Of a DNA stretch of 64,000 nt, positions 49,214 through 59,841 are shown in pieces. Source of the DNA: Candidatus Woesebacteria bacterium (lineage in GTDB: Bacteria; Patescibacteriota; Microgenomatia; UBA8517); assembly GCA_013374835.1 (NCBI GenBank), contig CP055307.1, positions 343,315 through 407,314 of the forward strand, read 5' to 3'. The position numbers and the translations under genes were made by a program. The stretch's first letter is position 1. The number at the start of each line of letters is the position of its first letter. Under the pieces are notes generated by a model, which did no database searches, had not been told where the DNA came from, and saw only the letters and a list, made by a program, of their open reading frames with translations.

Positions 49214-49762
49214 ATGAAATCAGTTGTTTTGTGTGGTAGCAGAAAGTTCAAGCCTCAAATCAGAAAATTTACAGAGGAACTAAAGGAAAAGGGTGTAGTT
49301 GTTTTTGAACCGTTTTTAAGACCTGGGGATGAGGACAGCTCATGGAATAGTTTGGATGAATATGATAAACGCTTTGTTGCTTTGGGCTTGACACATGACC
49401 ATTTCCACAAAATCAAAATGGCAGATGTTGTCTATATTTACAACAAAGATGGCTATTCTGGGGTAAGCACGACAATGGAAATTGCTTATGCTGTTGCCTG
49501 CGGCAAACCAATTTATGCTTATTCTGATAAAGATGAAGAGTATTGCAGAAAGGTGTTTTTTAGAGAAATAATCAAAACCCCACAGGAATTGATTAAATAT
49601 CTAAATTCTCTTTTGATTTTTTACTATTCTGATTATTGTAGAGATTCCTCTGTATCTACTTTTTTAGGATATTGGTCCTTTTGGTTCAGGGCATTATTTT
49701 ATTATTTTTACCAACATGTAATACCCTTTAATAGTTTTAATTCTTTTTGTTGTAAATTATAG
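49214..49762 (+). CDS. Nucleoside 2-deoxyribosyltransferase-like protein (3' end probably read-through)
   Basis: VVLCGS.KF, HFHKIKMADVVYIYNKDGYSGVSTTMEIAYA...KPI. Confidence 0.7.
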   Translation: MKSVVLCGSRKFKPQIRKFTEELKEKGVVVFEPFLRPGDEDSSWNSLDEYDKRFVALGLTHDHFHKIKMADVVYIYNKDGYSGVSTTMEIAYAVACGKPIYAYSDKDEEYCRKVFFREIIKTPQELIKYLNSLLIFYYSDYCRDSSVSTFLGYWSFWFRALFYYFYQHVIPFNSFNSFCCKL

Positions 49763-49953
49763 TCACCAATTTATCACGAAACGTCTCATTTGGCTTTGAA
49801 GCGAAACGGAGGTTGTGGGATAATTGAATACTAGACCGACCTGCTCAATCCGCCAAAGCAGCAAACTCGAATATTTAAATAAAAGTTTTTGATACTGGAA
49901 AATTAAAAAACTAGCCAGATAAAGTCCGTTTTATCTTAAACTGGACAAAAAAA

Positions 49954-50832
49954 CTACTGAGAATAGAGGTCTTTTGGAGCTGAAACAATTGACAAAATAC
50001 TATACTCACTCGCAATAAACTGCTCTTTATCAGACATTCTTTTTATTAGATAATCAGAACTGCCTTTGTAAAACTCAAGCGTTTCACTTTTGCCGTCATA
50101 TTCAACAGTTACCGTTAGTGTTGGTGTCTTGGGGTAATCAATTTTCTTTTCGGCATCAAAAAGGGAATGGGCAGTAAGATTTGACAATTGAGGAAGAAGC
50201 GATTCCACCTTGTCTTTTTTGACCTCCTTACCATTGGTATCCACCCATTTTTCATCTTTTTTGACAATCACAGTAGTCTTGCCATTTTGGGTAAATGATA
50301 TTTTTGTTAACTTTGTTTGATCAAATTCCAAAATAGTTTTGTCGTACCAATCAGAAACCGAAGGCAAGCTAGTCCGCCAGATATCTTTGATAATGTAAAC
50401 ATCATTCTCTCCCTCAAACCTCGCATACACACCAGTGCCACTACTCTTGCCGACAAGCCAAGTAAGTTTGTCGTCAAGCGTTATTTTGGTTGCAGTATCG
50501 TCTGTTAGTTCGAATTCTTTATGCCTTTTGTCCGTCTGGGCAATCAGCTCAGGTGAGTCTGGTGTAAGCAACTGGTTTATAAGGTTATCAACCTTGTCTG
50601 AATCAGCCTTTTTGCCGTTTATCTTCCATACACTGTTTTCTTTAACAATACTAATCGTTGCGGTTTTGTCCTTGATTGTTAGCGATTGAACAGATGTTTT
50701 GTCCAGAGAGCTTGTTTTTTGCATGTATGCCGAGGGTTTGGATAAAAAACGTGGCAAATAAGTCTTTACAACCAAAAACCCAACAAGAACAGCAAAAACT
50801 AAGGTTAGTATTATAATGTTTTTATTTTTCAT
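49954..50832 (-). CDS. DUF4340 domain protein
   Basis: N-terminal TM, duplicated WKING..AD..KV..L units; downstream of GldG-like gene. Confidence 0.75.
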   Translation of the reverse strand: MKNKNIIILTLVFAVLVGFLVVKTYLPRFLSKPSAYMQKTSSLDKTSVQSLTIKDKTATISIVKENSVWKINGKKADSDKVDNLINQLLTPDSPELIAQTDKRHKEFELTDDTATKITLDDKLTWLVGKSSGTGVYARFEGENDVYIIKDIWRTSLPSVSDWYDKTILEFDQTKLTKISFTQNGKTTVIVKKDEKWVDTNGKEVKKDKVESLLPQLSNLTAHSLFDAEKKIDYPKTPTLTVTVEYDGKSETLEFYKGSSDYLIKRMSDKEQFIASEYSILSIVSAPKDLYSQ

Positions 50833-53002
50833 AAATCCGTCGAGTCAACTGTTTTCTTCTCCTTAAATAAAAGACCGCGAATGCAATAACAACCAAAGGT
50901 GGAATTAAAAGATTTCCGTACTGAACAAGTAAAACATCAGCAGTACTTCTAAATTCAAATACTGATCTGCCGCTACCCTTGGAGGGAATTGACGCCAAGT
51001 CTTTATCTGCGGCTAAGTAATCAATGGAATTGCTTAAGAAGGCAATATTATCACGATTGTTTTGTAAAAACTGATCATCCGCAAGCGTTGTTGAACCAAC
51101 AACAATAAGGCGCGTGTCACCCTTTTCAAGAAGCACTGCCAAAGGAACTTCCTCGGCGTTGGGGGTAAGCGTTCTAGCAGATTGAGGGGAAATGTTAAAG
51201 CTTTCCTTAGTTATACCGGCACTTTTGCCTGTTATCAAAAGCGTTTTTTGCATAACCCCTTCACTTGGCGATATTGACAAAGAACTTGGCCAACCAAGAC
51301 TTACACTTTTGACAGTGGAAAGTGGGGGAAAGTCCTCAGCAGCCGGAAGTGCCCGCAGCCAATATGGATATTGAGCAAGATACCTTTGCCCGTTTTGATC
51401 TTCAAAACCCAAAACCTCAGAAAGCTGTAAATCATAAACCAGATCGTTGTTGAGATTTGCGCCGTAGTCAGCAAGAATGTTTGTAATGCCCGACTGGCTC
51501 TTGGCAGCAGTCAAAGTTTGCGGGCTGACGCTAACTCCATTGGCTAAAAGCAACACCTTTCCGTTTTGGTTAAGATAATTTTTGATCATGGCAGAAGCAG
51601 TACTTTCCTGGCTTCCATCGTCGATTACAATCATCGCGTTTAAATCTTTCAGCCTGTCTTTTTCGTCAACTGCCAAGACCTCTGCCTGGTATTGTGTCGA
51701 AAGAAGATCAGAAAGTATTCGATTCTGGAAATATCCATTTGTATATATACCAATGGTTGTGTCTTTGCTGCTTGAAATTTTCCTGATGCGCCGGGTAAGT
51801 TGATATTCAAGATCAGATGTGTCGGATACAAAAGGAATACTCTCAGTCTTATCACCAAAGCGAAGTACAATTCCCAGCATTCCCGTCTGCACCTCAAACT
51901 TTCCTGATCCTACTTTATTAAACTGCACCTCCTGAATACCGACCTGTTGTGCTTCTTGAGCGGCTTCTGTGTTAAATTCCGGATTCACAACTCTAACTTT
52001 CACATTGTCACTTAGCTTTTCATAATCTTTTAAAAGGTCCATCACATCGCGAGCCACCAGCTGCATCTGAGCAGGCAAATCTCGGGAGACGTATACCGTA
52101 ATATTTACTATGTCATCAAGATTTCTAATAGTTTGTTTAGTACCCTCAGAAAGGGTAAAAAGTCTTTCCTGAGTCAAATCTATCCTAACTGGATACGAAG
52201 AAAGAATAATGTTGGATACAACTCCAATTGCCAAGATAAGGCCAAATGCTAGTTTTAATTTTCTCGCTTCGCTTGGGCGCTCTGTGGTTTTGGGTTGCGA
52301 TAATTTAGTCACGGTCGCAGAAAGCATAACTCCGGAAACAGTTATAAAGTAAAAAACATCCCGAACATCCAGCAGACCTCTTGCAACATTTTCCACATGA
52401 GTTAGAACCGACAGTTCACGGGCCAAACGGTCAATAGGAAATGGCAACATCTGAGTAATAAAATCAAGGCCGATGATAATAAAAACAAAACTAACCGACA
52501 CCCCTAAAAGAAAACTGCCAATAGCATTTTTAGTATAAGAAGAAGCAGCAATGCCAATTGATGTAAAAGTAGCGCCTATAAAAAGTGCACCAATGTATTG
52601 GCCAATGATCTGTCCAATATCCGGTTGGGAATAGACAATCAAAGTTAAAGGTAGACCTATTGTAGTTCCTAAAATAAGGCAAAAGAAGGCAAAAGCTCCC
52701 AAGAATTTTCCCATTACCACCTCAAGTTCAGATATGGGGTGAGCAAATAAGAGCTCAAGTGTTCCCGACTTTTGCTCATCAGTCAAAAGCTTCATGGACA
52801 ATGCCGGAGCCAAAAGCAGCAAGAACCAAGGTAAAAGTTCAAAATACGGCCTAAGATTTGCCTCGCCGCTAACAAAAGCAGTTCTGCTGTACAGAAAAAC
52901 GGACAACAACAAAAACGGCACAATTACTGTATAGGCCAAAGCGCTATTGATGTAGCCGAAAAACTCTTTTTTAGCAATTCGTAAAATAATATTTGCCTTC
53001 AT
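50822..53002 (-). CDS. GldF-GldG-like fused ABC permease / auxiliary component
   Basis: EQKSGTLELLF, RGLLDVRDVFYF, RIDLT..RLFTLSEGT, LEYQLT, N..FLSNSIDYL. Confidence 0.85.
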   Translation of the reverse strand: MKANIILRIAKKEFFGYINSALAYTVIVPFLLLSVFLYSRTAFVSGEANLRPYFELLPWFLLLLAPALSMKLLTDEQKSGTLELLFAHPISELEVVMGKFLGAFAFFCLILGTTIGLPLTLIVYSQPDIGQIIGQYIGALFIGATFTSIGIAASSYTKNAIGSFLLGVSVSFVFIIIGLDFITQMLPFPIDRLARELSVLTHVENVARGLLDVRDVFYFITVSGVMLSATVTKLSQPKTTERPSEARKLKLAFGLILAIGVVSNIILSSYPVRIDLTQERLFTLSEGTKQTIRNLDDIVNITVYVSRDLPAQMQLVARDVMDLLKDYEKLSDNVKVRVVNPEFNTEAAQEAQQVGIQEVQFNKVGSGKFEVQTGMLGIVLRFGDKTESIPFVSDTSDLEYQLTRRIRKISSSKDTTIGIYTNGYFQNRILSDLLSTQYQAEVLAVDEKDRLKDLNAMIVIDDGSQESTASAMIKNYLNQNGKVLLLANGVSVSPQTLTAAKSQSGITNILADYGANLNNDLVYDLQLSEVLGFEDQNGQRYLAQYPYWLRALPAAEDFPPLSTVKSVSLGWPSSLSISPSEGVMQKTLLITGKSAGITKESFNISPQSARTLTPNAEEVPLAVLLEKGDTRLIVVGSTTLADDQFLQNNRDNIAFLSNSIDYLAADKDLASIPSKGSGRSVFEFRSTADVLLVQYGNLLIPPLVVIAFAVFYLRRRKQLTRRIYEK

Positions 53003-53006
53003 AAGT

Positions 53007-53915
53007 CTAACTGCTAGTTAGCTTCCCAAACACATCTTCTATAGCCCGATCCCTGGACACAAGAGTTAAAAGAACCCATTTATTCTTTATTGAAAGGTAA
53101 TACAGTTCTTCTCGAATATCCCGCTTTTTATCAGCCTCAATCACAAAATAATTCTTTTTCTCCTCGGTCACTTTTATAACACCATCAACTTTTTTAAGAG
53201 TAGAAAGCACTCTGGCACCCTTTACTTCCATTTCTATTATCTGCGAGGAAGAACCGAGTCTTCTTAGGTTTTCTGGCGTTTCATCGGCAACAACAGCACC
53301 CTTATGAATAATGATCATTCGGCCGGCTATTTTGGCAAGTTCAGCCAGAACATGAGAAGAAATAATAACTGTACGTTTTTTCCCAAGGCTGCGAATAAGA
53401 CTGGCTATGTCTTGACGCTGATTGGGATCAAGCCCTTCTGTGGGTTCATCAAAAATAAGAATATCGGGTTTGGTCAAAATCGCCTGAGAAAGACCTACCC
53501 GCTGTCTGTATCCTTTAGATAGCTCGGCAATCGGTCGGTAAAAGACATCTCCAATGCCGCAACTGTCAACCACAAAGTCTATAGCCTTCTGACGATCGTT
53601 TTTGGGTACTTCCTTTATATCCGCCCAAAAGAGCAAATATTCCTCAACAGTCATTTCATCATATAAAGGATTATTCTCTGGCAAAAAACCAATACGTTTT
53701 TTTAAGGCAGGATTAAGTTCAATATCATTGCCGTCAATTTCTACCTTACCGCCTGAGGGAGGCAGTACTCCTGCAATCATCCGGAGGGTAGTGGTCTTTC
53801 CGGCTCCATTAGGCCCTAAAAGACCTACGATCTCCCCCTCCTTGATCTTAACATTTATGTCCTTAACTACGTACCGATGGTCAAACTGTTTTGAAAGATT
53901 AACAAGGGTAATCAT
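53007..53915 (-). CDS. GldA-like ABC ATP-binding protein
   Basis: GPNGAGKTT, LSKGYRQRVG, DEPTEGLDPNQ. Confidence 0.9.
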   Translation of the reverse strand: MITLVNLSKQFDHRYVVKDINVKIKEGEIVGLLGPNGAGKTTTLRMIAGVLPPSGGKVEIDGNDIELNPALKKRIGFLPENNPLYDEMTVEEYLLFWADIKEVPKNDRQKAIDFVVDSCGIGDVFYRPIAELSKGYRQRVGLSQAILTKPDILIFDEPTEGLDPNQRQDIASLIRSLGKKRTVIISSHVLAELAKIAGRMIIIHKGAVVADETPENLRRLGSSSQIIEMEVKGARVLSTLKKVDGVIKVTEEKKNYFVIEADKKRDIREELYYLSIKNKWVLLTLVSRDRAIEDVFGKLTSS

Positions 53916-54208
53916 AACGATTACTAGATATAATTGAGCTAATCCTGTACCAAATTATTTTACAAAAAATAATATCTTTGCCAACTACTATTTTCAAGAT
54001 AAATCTAGGGTTAATTGCTATTATTTGACCTATCTTATTCACTTATTCAAAAGATAAGGTGTTACCGTTTTTATCTACAAGTCTTCCAAGATATTCACCA
54101 AGAGTCAAGCCCCCCCAGTTTTCAGTTATTGGATACCAAACGAAATTAGATTTATCAACCTGTCAAGTACCCATTTTGTTGCACACTCTTAAATTTGACA
54201 AATGGAAA

Positions 54209-56716
54209 TTAAATACTTATTTGCAACTCTGCTTGATAATTTTTTTTGTCTTCAAGGAATGTTAATATGACTTGATTCGCTTTGCTTAGTGAGGTTATGT
54301 CTGGAACAAAACCTTCTATGTTATCTCGTTTTGTTCTTGTAGAGCATCTTAAAACCACTGTTTCTAGCGGAGAACTAATCTTCATTTTTCTTTTTGACTT
54401 GAATTTCCTAATTTCTGAAATAACATCTAGCATCAACGAAGCACCAGTCATAATATCTTTTTCTCCTTCTCCGTCTGTAGACTCAACCCAAGAAGTATTA
54501 TGAATGCTGTTTGTTCCTTCAAAATGATGAAAATAACCATGATTGTCACCACTTTGCAGATGTCCTTGTGAAGTCTTTTCTCCTGTTTGAATATAATCAC
54601 TGTGATATATTTCTTCTGTTATATGGGGAACAAAGGGTGATGCTATTTTCAAAATACCAAGGTAAGCCTGATAAAGTGCGTATTGGGCAGATCTCTTAGC
54701 CTTGGAATCTTGAGAATTATAGAGCCTGCCTTTTATTAGCTCCAAGTAGTTATCGGCAAAATCGTTCCAGAAAAACCTTTCAAATTCGTTTAGAGCTTTT
54801 GAGAATTCATATTTTTCAAACCATTTCGCCATTCTAGATGAAGTCTCTCTCATTCTCTGGAGAATCCACTTGTCGGTGGCAATAAGTTGATCTTCTGTTA
54901 TTTGTGTCTTAGTTGGGTCAAAATCCTGGAGATTAGCTAAAGAGAACCTCCCAGCATTTAGTAATTTAGTGACCAATCTCTTACCATTTCTTACCTGTTT
55001 TTCTTCATAGTATGAATCCCTTCCCAAAGAAGCTTGGCACATTGCGTATCGAATTGCGTCAGCAGAATGCCGGGCAATTAGATCTTGAGGCCTATATTGA
55101 CCCCCTCCTGTCTTTTTGCTTATCTTTTCACCCTTTTTGACAAGTACGTGGCCAGAGATCATTAGATCTTCCCAGGGAATCTCTCCATGATTATAAAAAC
55201 TCATTAGGATTGTATACACTGCCCAGGTCCTAATAATGTCATGTGCTTGTGGGCGCATGGACATAGGCAAGATTTTTCCTTGCAGTTTGCCGTTGAGTTC
55301 ATGATTGTTATTAACCTCGGTTGAGAGAGCGGACGTAAACCATGTATCTAAAACTGTGTTCTCGGGTTCTATCAGGTGGCCTTTGCAATGTGGGCACTCA
55401 TTAAAAACTTTGTCCTCTCTTGGGTCTACCGGCAGTTCACTTTCCTCGGGTATGAGAACTTCATGGCAATCTCTACAAGAATACACAGGGAGTGGTATTC
55501 CAAAAAATCTTTCCCTTGATATACACCAATCCCATTTCAAGTTTTCTACCCAATCTCTGTATCTTTTCTTCATATGTTTTGGGTACCATCTTATTTTGTC
55601 ACCAGCCTTGAGCAATTCATCTTTAACATCCAAGATTTTTACAAACCATTGTGTTCTTGGAATAATCTCCACTGGAGTCCCGCATCTTTCGTGTACGCCC
55701 ACTGCATGAGTTATTTGTTTTTCATCTCTTATATGTCCTTCTTGCTTGAGTCTGTTAACAATTGCGTCTCTAGCTTCAGCTATTGAAAGACCTTTTAAAT
55801 AAGGAGCGTTTTTAAGGTTCTCAATTAAACCGTTTTCGTCAATAATAACCTTGCTTTTTAGGTTATGTTTTCTTACCCAGTGCAAGTCTGTTTCATCGCC
55901 GTATGTACAACACATAACAGCGCCGGTTCCTTTTTCAGTAGATACCAGCTCATCGGCTAGTATCTTTACCTCGTCTCCTAGAGGAGTTCTTGCCATTTTC
56001 CCCACGAGTTTCTGATATCTTTTATCCGTCGGGTTAACAAATACAGCAATACAGGCTGGAATTAATTCGGGCCTAGTGGTTGAGATAACCAAATCATCCC
56101 CATCTTCGGTTGAGAAAGCAATATCGTAAAATACGGAGGACTCCTCACGATCTTCAACTTCAGCTTGTGCAATCGAAGTTAAGCATTCGTGACAATAAAG
56201 AGCAGGGGCTTCTTGCCTGTATATTAAACCTTTCTCATATAGGTTCTTGAAGGCTGTTTGGGAAATTTTTTGGACTTCATCTGAAATAGTAGAGTATTCT
56301 AGTCTCCAATCCACACTCATTCCGATTGATTGCCAGAGACTTTTGTACTCATCGGCATACTTTCCTACAACTCCTAGACAACTTCGTCGAAATTCCCGCA
56401 GACCCTGATCACCTCCTTTTATACCCAGCTCTTTTTCAACTAATCTCTCTGTTGGAAGCCCGTTATCATCGTAGCCAAAAGGGTAACGGACATTGTAACC
56501 AGCCATTCTTCTGAACCTAGACACAACCTCAGCTTGCGTATATGAAAATATGTGACCGAGGTGGAGTGATCCAGAGATAGTCGGCGGAGGTGTATCTATT
56601 GTATATAAAGGCTTATTTGAGCTAGGATCAAACTCGTATACTCTTTCTCTCTCCCAAAATTTTTGCCAGTGGGGCTCTCTGTCAGAAAAAATGTACCCTT
56701 CTTTTTTTTGTAGCAT
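54209..56716 (-). CDS. valS: Valyl-tRNA synthetase, archaeal-type
   Basis: DTPPPTISGSLHLGH, DDNGLPTER, WDWCISR, RPQAHDIIRTW; KISKK at KMSKS site; no C-terminal coiled coil. Confidence 0.93.
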   Translation of the reverse strand: MLQKKEGYIFSDREPHWQKFWERERVYEFDPSSNKPLYTIDTPPPTISGSLHLGHIFSYTQAEVVSRFRRMAGYNVRYPFGYDDNGLPTERLVEKELGIKGGDQGLREFRRSCLGVVGKYADEYKSLWQSIGMSVDWRLEYSTISDEVQKISQTAFKNLYEKGLIYRQEAPALYCHECLTSIAQAEVEDREESSVFYDIAFSTEDGDDLVISTTRPELIPACIAVFVNPTDKRYQKLVGKMARTPLGDEVKILADELVSTEKGTGAVMCCTYGDETDLHWVRKHNLKSKVIIDENGLIENLKNAPYLKGLSIAEARDAIVNRLKQEGHIRDEKQITHAVGVHERCGTPVEIIPRTQWFVKILDVKDELLKAGDKIRWYPKHMKKRYRDWVENLKWDWCISRERFFGIPLPVYSCRDCHEVLIPEESELPVDPREDKVFNECPHCKGHLIEPENTVLDTWFTSALSTEVNNNHELNGKLQGKILPMSMRPQAHDIIRTWAVYTILMSFYNHGEIPWEDLMISGHVLVKKGEKISKKTGGGQYRPQDLIARHSADAIRYAMCQASLGRDSYYEEKQVRNGKRLVTKLLNAGRFSLANLQDFDPTKTQITEDQLIATDKWILQRMRETSSRMAKWFEKYEFSKALNEFERFFWNDFADNYLELIKGRLYNSQDSKAKRSAQYALYQAYLGILKIASPFVPHITEEIYHSDYIQTGEKTSQGHLQSGDNHGYFHHFEGTNSIHNTSWVESTDGEGEKDIMTGASLMLDVISEIRKFKSKRKMKISSPLETVVLRCSTRTKRDNIEGFVPDITSLSKANQVILTFLEDKKNYQAELQISI

Positions 56717-56942
56717 TTCTTTTTTTAGCCATATTTTCTGACTCTTTCTTCTTCATTTTATCTTCAAGACTTGGTTGCTGCAATTATATCTTTGAAGTTA
56801 ATATTTTGCAAAATACCTAGAGCTTTTGTGAAAGCTTAATATTTTGATATAACCCAACCTTGGGGATGAGCAAAAAGCATTCCGGATGCAACTTGTTACA
56901 ATTCCGACATGGGCACTTTTTCTTGCCCGATTACCAAAGAAG

Positions 56943-57770
56943 CTAACGGGAGAGACTACTTAAGTTTTTAAACCTTTCTTCAACCAATTTATAAATTTTA
57001 GGAGTATTTGGGTGTTTGTTAAGTAGGTTTTTATCAAGTCCGCTTTCGTTAATAATTTTTCTTGCCTCGTTTTTTGTCACTTTCTTTGAATGAACTAATT
57101 TTTCGTATTTAATTAATCCCTCCATTAGGGAATTTTTAACAAGTTGCTTTTCGTGTTGATACATATATTGGCGTAAAAACAGTCCTAGATTTTTAGTTTT
57201 AATGGTATCTGGAAGTTTAATCAAATCAATAACAACCGAATTTGTTCTTGGAATTGGATAGAATTTTCCTTTTGGAACTCTCAATAAAACCTTTGCTTTA
57301 AAAAACGATCCGAAAACGTCATACCCATCAATCTTTTTCAGGAATTTTATAGGCACAAGAAGAATTACTTTGTCATAATCTAAAAAAGTTAGATTGTGTA
57401 AGAAAGGCTCGATAAAAGAATATGGTAAGTTGGCAACAACTTTGTTGTATTCTTTCTTTTTCTTAAATTTTCCGTGAAGCTGAACATACTTCCAGGCATT
57501 TTTATAGTGAACCTCAACATTTTTGGGAAGTTTTGACAAAAACGGTTTAAATCTTTTATCAATTTCAAAAGCAATAACCTTTCCTGCTTTTTTAGCAATT
57601 TCGGCCGTTAAACTCCCGGTTCCTGCTCCAACTTCCAAAACAACATCGTTTTTATTCAAGTTAGCAAAATTAACAACCTTTTTGATAATCTCCTTATCAG
57701 TCAAGAAAAACTGGTCTTTTAATGGATCTGGTTTGAGATTTGCTTTTTTAAGTTCTTCATGAATATTCAT
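56943..57770 (-). CDS. KsgA/Dim1/Erm-family rRNA adenine methyltransferase
   Basis: DQFFL, VLEVGAGTG, FEID, VANLPY, FYPIP. Confidence 0.85.
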   Translation of the reverse strand: MNIHEELKKANLKPDPLKDQFFLTDKEIIKKVVNFANLNKNDVVLEVGAGTGSLTAEIAKKAGKVIAFEIDKRFKPFLSKLPKNVEVHYKNAWKYVQLHGKFKKKKEYNKVVANLPYSFIEPFLHNLTFLDYDKVILLVPIKFLKKIDGYDVFGSFFKAKVLLRVPKGKFYPIPRTNSVVIDLIKLPDTIKTKNLGLFLRQYMYQHEKQLVKNSLMEGLIKYEKLVHSKKVTKNEARKIINESGLDKNLLNKHPNTPKIYKLVEERFKNLSSLSR

Positions 57771-57898
57771 GGCTGTATTATACTTCTCTTACAGTATAAA
57801 AATGTTTGGTTAAGGATTGCACAAATCTTGTTAAGGCAGTGCCCGGATTAATGGTTCATTGGTAAGATAGCCTGATAAATTCTATAATACAATTACAT

Positions 57899-58156
57899 AT
57901 GAAGAAATTGCTGGAAATCGTACAAAAAAAACCCTATTTGGCCTGGTATGTAAAAGATACAAGCAGGCTATCACCAAAAAGCATAATGGAACATGTTTTT
58001 AACTTTGGTGACTGGAACGACTATCTTGAGGCTGAAGAGGCTCTCGGAATCCAAAAAGCGAAGGAGATCTTTGAGCAACTGACCAGCAAAAAAAGAGTAA
58101 ATCTGAGAAGGAAAACCATCAACTATTTCCAAAAATATTATCAAAAGTATGCATGA
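57899..58156 (+). CDS. Putative antitoxin partner of AbiEii-type toxin
   Basis: LAWY...IMEHVFNFGDWND; overlaps downstream NTase gene. Confidence 0.6.
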   Translation: MKKLLEIVQKKPYLAWYVKDTSRLSPKSIMEHVFNFGDWNDYLEAEEALGIQKAKEIFEQLTSKKRVNLRRKTINYFQKYYQKYA

Positions 58157-58763
58157 GGAGGTATTGTCCCCAAAACAACGTGAGTTACTGCCGCTTATAG
58201 CAACTTATAAAAATGACTTTGGTCTTATCGGAGGAACTGCTATTGCTTTACAATTAGGACATAGAAGGTCAATTGACTTCGACCTGGCAACGGCTAAAGA
58301 GCTAAACACAGGAAATATAAAAACCTTGATTGGAAAAGGGTTTGTGGTTAACGGGGTTTTGGTTGACGAGACAAATGAGTACTCAATAGTCGTAAATGAT
58401 GTCAAACTCACTTTTCTGTATTATCCTTTTGAGTTGAAGTTTAGCGAAAGCTTACGGGATATTATAAAGATGCCAGATGTTATAACCCTTGCCTCGTTGA
58501 AGGCTTATGCCTTGGGAAGAAGAGCAAAATGGAAGGATTATGTCGACCTGTATTTTGTAATTGGTCAGCGCTCACTAAGAGAGGTAATAGAAAAGGCAAA
58601 AGCCGTCTTTGGCAATGAGTTCAATGAAAAACTCTTCAGAGAACAACTTGCTTATTTTGAAGACATAGACTATTCGGAGGAGATAGATTTTATGGATGGA
58701 TTTGAAGTAGAAAATGACGTAATAAAAAAAGAGTTGACTGAGATTAGTCTTCAAAAGCTTTAG
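58149..58763 (+). CDS. AbiEii/AbiGii-family nucleotidyltransferase toxin
   Basis: GGTAIALQLGHRRSIDFDL, K..A...RAKWKDYVDLYF. Confidence 0.88.
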   Translation: MHEEVLSPKQRELLPLIATYKNDFGLIGGTAIALQLGHRRSIDFDLATAKELNTGNIKTLIGKGFVVNGVLVDETNEYSIVVNDVKLTFLYYPFELKFSESLRDIIKMPDVITLASLKAYALGRRAKWKDYVDLYFVIGQRSLREVIEKAKAVFGNEFNEKLFREQLAYFEDIDYSEEIDFMDGFEVENDVIKKELTEISLQKL

Positions 58764-58800
58764 CTTATGCATTTTGAAGAACAACAAATAAAAGAAGCTT

Positions 58801-59391
58801 ATGGCAGAAGAGAAAGAATTACTTACAATTCTAAGTAAGGAAGAATATGAGAAAATCTTGGTGCGCTTGGAAAAAGAATTTGGAAAGACCAAAATCGTCA
58901 GAAGGTTGGCTATTCAATGCACCGACTACCGGTGGTCCGATGTTGACACTCGGATTAGAATTACCAATGGAAAAGCTGAAATTATCCAGAAAGTTGGGGA
59001 CTGGAAAAATTATCTTCGTGACGAGATTGTAGTTGAGCTTCCTTCTGATCCAGAGGTTGTTTTTGAGATGTATAAAATCTTCAGAAACATGATGCGTGAC
59101 GAAGAAGTTCTAACTCCAGTCATGCAGTACGAGAACAGATTATTTAAAACAGATGGCTTTGAAATAAAACTTACTTATCAGTTTGGCAAGAAAGATGCCT
59201 ACAACTGTGAGATTGAGGTATTTGATTTAAAACGCAATCCGGAAGAGATTGCCAAAAAATTCGATATTCCAATCTACCCACCAGACCAAACACGAGATTT
59301 TTGGAAAAAATGGAATGAAACTGTGAACTTAGCTGCTAATGAACTGTCAGGAGAAGAATTATTGAAGATTATTAGAAACTATTTTCAATAA
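58801..59391 (+). CDS. CYTH-like domain protein
   Basis: N-terminal EEKE, RIR, KVG, CEIEV. Confidence 0.6.
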   Translation: MAEEKELLTILSKEEYEKILVRLEKEFGKTKIVRRLAIQCTDYRWSDVDTRIRITNGKAEIIQKVGDWKNYLRDEIVVELPSDPEVVFEMYKIFRNMMRDEEVLTPVMQYENRLFKTDGFEIKLTYQFGKKDAYNCEIEVFDLKRNPEEIAKKFDIPIYPPDQTRDFWKKWNETVNLAANELSGEELLKIIRNYFQ

Positions 59392-59802
59392 TTTAAATGC
59401 TTTTGAAATAGCTTCTTTTGTCTCTTTGCTTAAATTATATTTATCGAGCTCATTCTCTTTAATCCAAGCAAAGTTTTGATGTTCATGGCTTAATTTGATA
59501 TTTGGCTTACCGATTGGCTTACATAAGAAAGAGATTTGTGTTGCGTCTCTGATTTCATCTTCTTTTTCAACTCTAAACTCAAAAACATCAACCGGCATTA
59601 TTGGTCTAACTTTAATACCTGTTTCTTCTTTAAACTCGCGTGCAAGAGCATCTTGGGATTTCTCGAAATGTTCGCGTTTTCCGCTTGGGATTTCCCAAAG
59701 ATTGGGAAAGATATCTTCATCAGTGCCTCTTTGGATAATTAATATTTTTTCGTCTTGTATTACAACTCCCGCAATAATGATTTTCTGAATAACCGGCTTC
59801 AT
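59359..59802 (-). CDS. NUDIX hydrolase
   Basis: WEIPSGKREHFEKSQDALAREFKEETG; start MKPVIQK at 59802 with TATAAT 6 nt upstream. Confidence 0.88.
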   Translation of the reverse strand: MKPVIQKIIIAGVVIQDEKILIIQRGTDEDIFPNLWEIPSGKREHFEKSQDALAREFKEETGIKVRPIMPVDVFEFRVEKEDEIRDATQISFLCKPIGKPNIKLSHEHQNFAWIKENELDKYNLSKETKEAISKAFKLLKIVSNNLQ

Positions 59803-59841
59803 ACACCGATTATAGTCTGTGATCTGGTACAATATCAAAGT

